The notes beneath the pieces are model-generated. The model was given only the letters and a program-made list of their open reading frames with translations. It was not told the DNA's origin and ran no database searches. From IMG/VR virus record IMGVR_UViG_2693429728_000013: a stretch of DNA of 7,008 bases; one strand, written 5' to 3'. Source of the stretch: a virus. Taxonomy: Duplodnaviria > Heunggongvirae > Uroviricota > Caudoviricetes. Shown piece by piece: positions 1 to 5,785 of this stretch. A program made the translations under genes and the position numbers. Positions within the stretch are counted from its first letter, which is position 1. The number at the start of each line of letters is the position of its first letter.

Positions 1-224
1 GCGATTACGGTAACGACTGGCAGACGCTGGAGCTGGTGTTCACCGCCGGCAGTGCCACGGTTACTCCGAAACTGAATGGAGTGGAAGGTTCGGCATTCCA
101 GGCTATAAAAGACAGTCTGACACTGGGACTGAATGCGCTGACGCTGACGGATATTACAAAAAATGCAGCGTATGGCGTTGAGATAGAAAGTCTGGTGCTG
201 GAGATAAATGCACCGGCAGCATAA
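1..224 (+). CDS. 3' end of an upstream ORF (5' part outside window); unidentified phage late-region protein, C-terminus ...LVLEINAPAA
   Basis: Frame is open from position 3 to the TAA at 222-224 (translation begins DYGNDWQTLELVFTAGSATV...). Composition is not Q-antiterminator-like (no Cys-rich zinc motif, not basic). Product not recognised. Confidence 0.4.
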   Translation, partial: DYGNDWQTLELVFTAGSATVTPKLNGVEGSAFQAIKDSLTLGLNALTLTDITKNAAYGVEIESLVLEINAPAA

Positions 225-227
225 TAA

Positions 228-256
228 AAAAGCCAGCGCCCACTCTGAAGGACGCT
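228..256 (-). terminator. Intrinsic terminator-like hairpin oriented for the minus strand
   Basis: Inverted repeat AGCCAGCG (228-235) / CGCTGGCT (249-256) around a 13-nt loop. On the plus strand it is preceded by an A6 tract, so on the minus strand the stem is followed by TTTTTTATT. No T-run follows it on the plus strand. Confidence 0.4.
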
Positions 257-330
257 GGCTAAAACGGGTAGATGTACTTCACATGATACTTATATCTGGC
301 AGTACATTTTCTGACAGACAGTGACGGATG

Positions 331-358
331 TTGTCAAGATATTGTGTCATTTATAACC
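331..358 (+). promoter_or_regulatory. Candidate sigma70-like promoter (possible late-promoter analogue)
   Basis: TTGTCA at 331-336 followed by TATAAC/ATAACC at about 352-358 (15-16 nt spacer); sits about 80 nt upstream of a strong plus-strand terminator. Motif match by eye only. Confidence 0.2.
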
Positions 359-436
359 TGAATCAGGGGTTGGTCGGAATGTTATCTGGCATTTTTAGCA
401 GAGCCTGAATGCCATAATCACGGCTCCCGGAGTTGG

Positions 437-474
437 CCGTCAGTGGGTGACACTGGCGGTTTTTTTGTTTTTCT
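437..474 (+). terminator. Rho-independent terminator immediately upstream of the holin gene
   Basis: Stem CCGTCAGTG (437-445) / CACTGGCGG (451-459) with one G-U pair, 5-nt loop GGTGA, followed by TTTTTTTGTTTTT (460-472). Confidence 0.6.
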
Positions 475-516
475 TTACTTTCATTTTCTGTCGGCGGTGA
501 CGGAGACATACATCAG

Positions 517-723
517 ATGGAAAAAATCACAACGGGTGTGTCATACACCACGTCAGCGGTGGGGACGGGATACTGGTTACTGCAGCTGCTGGACAAAGTC
601 TCTCCGTCCCAGTGGGTGGCAATAGGTGTACTGGGGAGTCTGCTGTTTGGCCTGCTGACGTATCTGACTAACCTGTATTTCAAAATCAGGGAGGACCGCC
701 GTAAGACGGCGCGGGGAGACTAA
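517..723 (+). CDS. S: Holin S, class II / pinholin family (phage 21 S21 / Stx-phage 933W type)
   Basis: 68-aa [71 protein letters not shown]: two hydrophobic helices and a charged C-terminal tail, closely resembling pinholin S21 as recalled. GGAGA 10 nt upstream of the ATG. Lies upstream of a SAR endolysin, the usual pinholin partner. Confidence 0.85.
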   Translation: MEKITTGVSYTTSAVGTGYWLLQLLDKVSPSQWVAIGVLGSLLFGLLTYLTNLYFKIREDRRKTARGD

Positions 724-727
724 AGCG

Positions 728-1705
728 ATGAAGAAAAAATACGAACTGGTTGTTAAAGAGATAAATAATTACCCGGATAAGATTGCTGTTACTGTGGCAC
801 TTGAAATTGGCGGGCATCCGTCGTTGTTGTTGCCACATGTGGCGATTAGTCTTGACCGTACTGAAGGTGCCACGCTGGAGTTCTACGAAGCTGAGGCGAA
901 AAAACAGGCGAAGCAGTTTTTCATGGATATTGTTGCCGGGTTATGCGAAGGGGATGAACCGTCACCGGAAAAGCGCCCCGTAATTTTAGATGCGCAGGAT
1001 GTATTGATAACCTACAAAGGAAAGCTACCGGGAAGAATTACTTGTTCTCTGAAGATGCCGCCGTCAACACTGCGGTCAGAAAAAGATGATGTTGAATCGC
1101 GTATTGAAAAACTGGAGTGCTATATCGCTGAATTGAAAAAAAGCACCCCAACAAAAAATGAGGTGCTTGCAGCAGACGAAATGAAAGAAGCTATTCCTGA
1201 TCGCGCGGCGAATCTAAGCTGCGCTTCATGGTTGAAAGAGCATCTTCAGCAGCCTGAAAAAAAACGCCGCGATGAGCAGTTTGCTGCGTTTTACGATTAT
1301 TGCCGGAAAGTGATGAGCAGAAATCTCGCAGAGTGTTTCAGTATTCATAATGATAATTTCAGTGACCTGGAATGGGAGTGTAACCGGCCATCCTTTGTTG
1401 TATCCGGTGATGCTGGGAAAATAACCATCTCAGAAAATGGAAAAGTAACACCGCCATCGCACCAGCATAGTGAGGAGCTCATTGAATTTGCCATTGATTA
1501 CCTGAAGAACAATAAAAAGCAGGGGCTGATGAAGTGCATTGGTCGTTGCATGGGATATCTGCAGATAGCTGCTGAGATTGAAGCGCTGGCCAGTGGTGCG
1601 GACAAGGATGCAGTTGTGCGGGAGGCTCTTCTTCGTGATTTTGATAATCCGCCCTTTAAAAAAAGTGCCGGCTTACTGGTTTCATCCAGGACTGACTTAT
1701 CTTAA
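728..1705 (+). CDS. Hypothetical protein, 325 aa, function unknown, embedded between holin and endolysin
   Basis: Uninterrupted 978-nt ORF. ATG lies 4 nt after the S stop (TAA 721-723) with GGGGAG at 713-718, so it is translationally coupled to S. No transmembrane segment, signal peptide or recognisable catalytic motif by eye; several Cys including a C-x3-C (KCIGRC); charged coiled-coil-like stretch (ESRIEKLECYIAELKK). Looks somewhat more AT-rich than flanking S and R by eye (not computed). Confidence 0.75.
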   Translation: MKKKYELVVKEINNYPDKIAVTVALEIGGHPSLLLPHVAISLDRTEGATLEFYEAEAKKQAKQFFMDIVAGLCEGDEPSPEKRPVILDAQDVLITYKGKLPGRITCSLKMPPSTLRSEKDDVESRIEKLECYIAELKKSTPTKNEVLAADEMKEAIPDRAANLSCASWLKEHLQQPEKKRRDEQFAAFYDYCRKVMSRNLAECFSIHNDNFSDLEWECNRPSFVVSGDAGKITISENGKVTPPSHQHSEELIEFAIDYLKNNKKQGLMKCIGRCMGYLQIAAEIEALASGADKDAVVREALLRDFDNPPFKKSAGLLVSSRTDLS

Positions 1706-1760
1706 AGGACGTATATAAGCTGGCTCGTTATCTGTTGCCGATAAATCCTGATAAATATCC

Positions 1761-2294
1761 ATGAACACCAAAATCAAATACGGCCTGTCGGCTGCTGTTC
1801 TGGCGCTGATTGCCGCTGGTGCGCCTGCGCCTGACATTCTCGACCAGTTTCTGGATGAAAAGGAAGGTAACCACACCACGGCATACCGTGATGGTGCGGG
1901 GATCTGGACCATCTGCCGTGGTGCCATCATGGTGGATGGTAAACCTGTTGTTCCAGGCATGAAGTTGTCGAAGGCAAAATGCGCTCAGGTTAACGCCATT
2001 GAGCGTAATAAGGCGCTGGCATGGGTGGAGAAAAACATCAAAGTGCCATTGACCGAACCACAGAAAGCGGGGATTGCGTCATTCTGTCCGTACAACATTG
2101 GCCCCGGTAAGTGTTTCCCGTCGACGTTTTATAAACGAATTAATGCAGGCGATCGCAGGGGGGCGTGTGAGGCGATTCGCTGGTGGATTAAGGACGGTGG
2201 CAGAGACTGCCGTATTCGCTCAAACAACTGTTACGGTCAGGTATCCCGTCGCGACCAGGAGAGTGCGCTGGCGTGCTGGGGAATTGACAGATAA
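1761..2294 (+). CDS. R: SAR endolysin R (T4-lysozyme-like, GH24 family), 933W/Stx-phage type
   Basis: 177-aa ORF. N-terminal Gly/Ala-rich signal-anchor-release helix (YGLSAAVLALIAAGAPAP) followed by the catalytic triad spacing E-x8-D-x5-T (EGNHTTAYRDGAGIWT), as in T4 lysozyme E11/D20/T26. No obvious Shine-Dalgarno upstream. Confidence 0.9.
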   Translation: MNTKIKYGLSAAVLALIAAGAPAPDILDQFLDEKEGNHTTAYRDGAGIWTICRGAIMVDGKPVVPGMKLSKAKCAQVNAIERNKALAWVEKNIKVPLTEPQKAGIASFCPYNIGPGKCFPSTFYKRINAGDRRGACEAIRWWIKDGGRDCRIRSNNCYGQVSRRDQESALACWGIDR

Positions 2295-2384
2295 GCAGAA
2301 TATTTTGCTGAAAAATGCGGTTTGCTCGCACGGACGGATAACACGAAATCCTGCGAACTGACAAAAACTAAGTGAATAAAAGTA

Positions 2385-2423
2385 AAAACCCCGTTTGTTG
2401 GCTGCAAGCGGGGTTTTGTGTTT
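2385..2423 (+). terminator. Rho-independent terminator between R and Rz
   Basis: Stem AAAACCCCG (2385-2393) / CGGGGTTTT (2409-2417), extendable through TTTG/CAAG inner pairs, followed by TTTTGTGTTT. Confidence 0.55.
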
Positions 2424-2453
2424 CCTGACTCTGGAAAAGTCAAAGGAGAAAGT

Positions 2454-2591
2454 GTGTTTGATTTTAGCAAACTGATTCGGGAGATTCGAGTGATGGCTGA
2501 AAAATTATCCACCTGGAAGTTCATTCTTATCTGGCTGGTGTTTGTGATTATGGCCTCCGGTTATTTCATCGGTCAGATACGCTGGTGGTGA
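2454..2591 (+). CDS. Possible small membrane protein (45 aa), GTG start, translationally coupled to Rz
   Basis: GTG at 2454 preceded by AAAGGAG (2442-2448, 5-nt spacer). Translation MFDFSKLIREIRVMAEKLSTWKFILIWLVFVIMASGYFIGQIRWW has one predicted TM helix. TGA at 2589-2591 lies 1 nt before the Rz ATG at 2593. Below the ORF-track length cutoff; not recognised as a known family. Confidence 0.3.
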   Translation: MFDFSKLIREIRVMAEKLSTWKFILIWLVFVIMASGYFIGQIRWW

Positions 2592-2592
2592 A

Positions 2593-3060
2593 ATGAACCG
2601 CGTACTGTGCGTGGTCATCATTGCCCTGCTGGTGGCCTGTGGTGCGCTTAGTCTGGGGCTGAATCATTACCGTGATAACGCCATAACCTACAAAGAGCAG
2701 CGCGATAAAAAAGTCAGTGAGCTGGAGCAGGCAAATGCAACCATTACTGATATGCAGCAGCGCCAGCGTGATGTTGCTGCACTTGATGCCAGATACTCGA
2801 GGGAATTAGCCGATGCGAGAGCTGAAAATGAAACTCTTCGCGCTGACGTTGCCGCTGGTCGTAAGCGCCTGCGGATCAACGCCACCTGTCCAGGCTCCGT
2901 GCGTGAAGCCCCCACCACCTCCGGCGTGGATAATGCAACCGGCCCCCAACTGGCAGACACCGTTACACGGGATTATTTCACCCTCAGAGAGCGGCTGATG
3001 ACGATGCACAAGCAACTGGAAGGGGCACAGGACTATATCCGCACTCAGTGCCTGAAATAA
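2593..3060 (+). CDS. Rz: Rz i-spanin (inner-membrane spanin subunit)
   Basis: 155-aa ORF with N-terminal TM helix and NHYRDNAITYK...DVAALDA...DYFTLRERL motifs closely matching lambda Rz as recalled; position downstream of R. Confidence 0.9.
   Translation: MNRVLCVVIIALLVACGALSLGLNHYRDNAITYKEQRDKKVSELEQANATITDMQQRQRDVAALDARYSRELADARAENETLRADVAAGRKRLRINATCPGSVREAPTTSGVDNATGPQLADTVTRDYFTLRERLMTMHKQLEGAQDYIRTQCLK
2813..2998 (+). CDS. Rz1: Rz1 o-spanin (outer-membrane lipoprotein spanin subunit), embedded in the +1 frame of Rz
   Basis: 61-aa ORF entirely inside Rz: MRELKMKLFALTLPLVVSACGS (lipobox VSAC) followed by a Pro-rich segment VKPPPPPAWIMQPAPNWQTP, as in lambda Rz1. Confidence 0.85.
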   Translation: MRELKMKLFALTLPLVVSACGSTPPVQAPCVKPPPPPAWIMQPAPNWQTPLHGIISPSESG

Positions 3061-3684
3061 GTTTTGTTGATGCGCCGTATCGTCGCTGTATTCCCTCATT
3101 AACAGAGACCGCAGCCCGACAGGGAGACTCCTCTGCGCGAGTGTGCGGGGATAATCAAAAACGATACACACTGGGGTTTACCGCGTTAACGGAGCGCGGC
3201 GTTGTCCCCTCATAGTCGCCTGTCCGGTGCGATGGTGGAAGAAGCCGGATGTTTATCACTATTAATTGATGACACAGAAATGGATTCATTGAATTTCAGC
3301 ACGTTTTTGTATTCGTGTTATTGAACATCTGTTTATTTTACTTTTAACATATTGATAATAAAAAGAGCTGTAAATCTTTAGATGAGTCGATTTTGTCCGG
3401 GGAAGTTCAAATGGATTTTATGCTGACGGTTTCTGGTGTGGTTATCCTGTCCATTGCTTATACTGCAGATAAATATGGCTGCCATTTGTTATCACGTATT
3501 GGCGCTTATTGTTCGTTGATGCTGATTTTCTCGTCGCTTTTTTTTTGAGTAAGTTATATTAATTATAACAAATAATTTTCTGTGTTATTTTTTCAGGCTA
3601 TCCCGTCAGAGGGGAAGCCTGTACTGCCGGGGAGCGAATGGAAAACTGATGTGTCCGGTAACTGCGTGTTCTGTGAACACCATG

Positions 3685-3870
3685 TTACTTAATTATGTAA
3701 TTCATACCCGAACTCTCTGTTGACAGCCTTCTTCTGCAGGCTTCAATAACCCACGCTGAAAAGTTTCCTGAACCTTTCAGATCAAGAGCGATGTTAATTT
3801 GTTCAATCATCTGGTTTGGAAATCGGATGTTGCGGGTTGTTGTTCTGCGGGTTCTGTTCTTTGATGACAT
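3685..3870 (-). CDS. Small ribbon-helix-helix-like protein (YlcI/YnfO, DUF3950-like), 61 aa
   Basis: Only minus-strand ORF in the spacer: MSSKNRTRRTTTRNIRFPNQMIEQINIALDLKGSGNFSAWVIEACRRRL... Basic N-terminus then a beta-strand/helix pattern typical of Arc/MetJ/CopG folds. Resembles the small DLP12 protein YlcI, which I recall lying just upstream of the Nu1 homologue; family assignment is from memory. Confidence 0.5.
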   Translation of the reverse strand: MSSKNRTRRTTTRNIRFPNQMIEQINIALDLKGSGNFSAWVIEACRRRLSTESSGMNYIIK

Positions 3871-4029
3871 AATGTTTCCCCATATTCAGTGTTGCTGATT
3901 TGTATTATCTGAAGTTGCTTTTACGTTAATTTGACGCAGATCAATTAATACGATACCTGCGTCATAATTGATTATTTGACGTGGTTTGATGGCGTAGATG
4001 CACGTTGTGACATGTAGATGATAATTATT

Positions 4030-4258
4030 ATCATTTTGCGGGTCCTTTCCGGCGATCCGACAGGTTACGGGGCGGCGACCTCGCGGGTTTTCGCTATTTA
4101 TGAAAATTTTCCGGTTTAAGGCGTTTCCGTTCTTCTTCGCCGTAACCTAATGTTTTTATTTAAAACACCCCCTGAAAAGAAAGGAAACGACAGGTGCTGA
4201 AAACGGGCTTTTTGGCCTCTGTCGTTTCCTTTCTCTGTTTTTGTCCGTGGAATGAACA
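4030..4258. other. cos: cos site: cosQ (about 4040-4068), cosN 12-nt cohesive end GGGCGGCGACCT (4070-4081), cosB with terminase/IHF binding sites (4082 to about 4250)
   Basis: GGGCGGCGACCT present exactly at 4070-4081, followed by CGCGGGTTTTCGCTATTTATGAAAATTTTCCGGTTTAAGG..., which matches the lambda left end as recalled. Upstream GGTCCTTTCCGG..GATCCGACAGGTTACG matches the lambda right end. Confidence 0.85.
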
Positions 4259-4804
4259 ATGGAAGTCAACAAAAAGCAGCTGGCTGACATTTTCGGTGCG
4301 AGTATCCGTACCATTCAGAACTGGCAGGAACAGGGAATGCCCGTTCTGCGAGGCGGTGGCAAGGGTAATGAGGTGCTTTATGACTCTGCCGCCGTCATAA
4401 AATGGTATGCCGAAAGGGATGCTGAAATTGAGAACGAAAAGCTGCGCCGGGAAGTTGAAGAACTGCGGCAGGCCAGCGAGACAGATCTCCAGCCAGGGAC
4501 TATTGAGTACGAACGCCATCGACTTACGCGTGCGCAGGCCGACGCACAGGAGCTGAAAAATGCCAGAGACTCCGCTGAAGTGGTGGAAACCGCATTCTGT
4601 ACTTTCGTGCTGTCGCGGATCGCAGGTGAAATTGCCAGTATTCTCGACGGGATCCCCCTGTCGGTGCAGCGGCGTTTTCCGGAACTGGAAAACCGACATG
4701 TTGATTTCCTGAAACGGGATATCATCAAAGCCATGAACAAAGCAGCCGCGCTGGATGAACTGATACCGGGGTTGCTGAGTGAATATATCGAACAGTCAGG
4801 TTAA
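4259..4804 (+). CDS. Nu1: Terminase small subunit Nu1
   Basis: 181-aa ORF MEVNKKQLADIFGASIRTIQNWQEQGMPVLRGGGKGNEVLYDSAAVIKWYAERDAEIENEKL..., essentially identical to lambda gpNu1 as recalled (N-terminal winged-HTH DNA-binding region). Immediately downstream of cosB. Confidence 0.95.
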   Translation: MEVNKKQLADIFGASIRTIQNWQEQGMPVLRGGGKGNEVLYDSAAVIKWYAERDAEIENEKLRREVEELRQASETDLQPGTIEYERHRLTRAQADAQELKNARDSAEVVETAFCTFVLSRIAGEIASILDGIPLSVQRRFPELENRHVDFLKRDIIKAMNKAAALDELIPGLLSEYIEQSG

Positions 4805-5560
4805 CAGGCTGCGGCATTTTGTCCGCGCCGGGCTTCGCTCACTGTTCAGGCCGGAGCCACAGACCGCCGTTGAATGGGCGGATGCCAATTACTATCTCCC
4901 GAAAGAATCCGCATACCAGGAAGGGCGCTGGGAAACACTGCCCTTTCAGCGGGCCATCATGAATGCGATGGGCAGCGACTACATCCGTGAGGTGAATGTG
5001 GTGAAGTCTGCCCGTGTCGGTTATTCCAAAATGCTGCTGGGTGTTTATGCCTACTTTATAGAGCATAAGCAGCGCAACACCCTTCTCTGGTTGCCGACGG
5101 ATGGTGATGCCGAGAACTTTATGAAAACCCACGTTGAGCCGACCATCCGCGATATTCCGTCGCTGCTGGCGCTGGCTCCGTGGTATGGCAAAAAGCACCG
5201 GGATAACACGCTCACTATGAAGCGTTTTTCCAATGGTCGTGGCTTCTGGTGCCTGGGCGGTAAAGCGGCAAAAAACTACCGTGAAAAGTCGGTGGATGTG
5301 GCGGGTTATGATGAACTTGCTGCCTTTGATGAGGATATTGAACAGGAAGGCTCTCCGACGTTCCTGGGTGACAAGCGTATTGAAGGCTCGGTCTGGCCAA
5401 AGTCCATCCGTGGCTCCACGCCCAAAGTGAGAGGCACCTGCCAGATTGAGCGTGCAGCCAGTGAATCCCCGCATTTTATGCGTTTTCATGTTGCCTGTCC
5501 GCACTGCGGGGAGGAGCAGTATCTTAAATTTGGCGATAAAGAGACGTCGTTTGGCCTCAA
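4580..5560. repeat. Tandem direct repeat, copy 1 (981 bp; Nu1 3' part plus A 5' part)
   Basis: Sequence from GTGGTGGAAACCGCATTCTG... through ...GTCGTTTGGCCTCAA recurs at an offset of exactly 981 bp. About six single-base differences between copies (e.g. CATCCGTGAG vs CGTCCGCGAG, CGTGTCGG vs CGTGTTGG, TACTTTATA vs TACTTCATA, CCTTCTCTGG vs CCTTATCTGG). Confidence 0.9.
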
Positions 5561-5693
5561 GTGGTGGAAACCGCATTCTGTACTTTCGTGCTGTCGCGGA
5601 TCGCAGGTGAAATTGCCAGTATTCTCGACGGGATCCCCCTGTCGGTGCAGCGGCGTTTTCCGGAACTGGAAAACCGACATGTTGATTTCCTGA
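4779..5693 (+). pseudogene. A: Terminase large subunit A, first copy, interrupted by the duplication junction at about 5560/5561
   Basis: GTG start overlapping the Nu1 3' end as in lambda. First ~264 codons read as gpA (MNISNSQVNRLRHF...KSARVGYSK...GDKETSFGLKW), then the frame runs into the duplicated Nu1 sequence out of frame (WKPHSVLSCCRG...) and stops at 5693. Confidence 0.7.
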
Positions 5694-5785
5694 AACGGGA
5701 TATCATCAAAGCCATGAACAAAGCAGCCGCGCTGGATGAACTGATACCGGGGTTGCTGAGTGAATATATCGAACAGTCAGGTTAA
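5561..5785 (+). pseudogene. Duplicated C-terminal fragment of Nu1 (about 74 codons, lacks the N-terminal DNA-binding part)
   Basis: Identical to Nu1 residues VETAFCTFVLSRIAGEIASILDG...EYIEQSG; same reading frame as Nu1 (offset 981 = 3 x 327); no native start or RBS. Confidence 0.7.

Noticed and set aside
443-625. 60-aa plus-strand ORF overlapping the terminator and the start of S
   Set aside because: Alternative frame over the holin gene and the terminator hairpin; the translation is low-complexity and the S frame is clearly the real one.
783-983. 66-aa plus-strand ORF inside the 325-aa gene
   Set aside because: Out-of-frame overlap within a much longer continuous ORF; Arg/Cys-rich translation looks like frame noise.
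1697-1960. 87-aa minus-strand ORF over the R start
   Set aside because: Antisense to the endolysin N-terminus, which has a clear catalytic motif in the plus frame.
2074-2361. 95-aa plus-strand ORF overlapping the 3' half of R
   Set aside because: Alternative frame of R; Arg-rich, no start context.
2237-2524. 95-aa minus-strand ORF across the R-Rz spacer
   Set aside because: Would run through the terminator hairpin and overlap the R 3' end antisense; Ser-rich, low-complexity translation. The short plus-strand ORF with a strong ribosome-binding site is the more plausible coding element, though itself uncertain.
2688-3171. Minus-strand ORFs 2688..2960 and 2806..3171
   Set aside because: Antisense to Rz/Rz1, whose identity is well supported.
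4018-4034. Near-perfect palindrome ATGATAATTATTATCAT upstream of cosN
   Set aside because: Corresponds to the known cosQ-proximal region of the lambda right end as recalled; not a new element.
4160-4699. 179-aa minus-strand ORF spanning cosB and Nu1
   Set aside because: Runs antisense through Nu1 and across the cos site; Nu1 on the plus strand is unambiguous.
5051-5430. Short ORFs 5051..5233(-), 5215..5400(-), 5233..5430(+) and their duplicates near 6032..6411, plus 6427..6726(+) and 6690..6911(-)
   Set aside because: All lie inside terminase A in alternative frames or antisense; the first three are duplicated by the tandem repeat.
4839-5576. 245-aa minus-strand ORF, and its duplicate 5820..6587 (255 aa)
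   Set aside because: Antisense to terminase A, which has a confident lambda-like reading frame. Appears twice only because of the tandem duplication. Mirror ORF with no start context.
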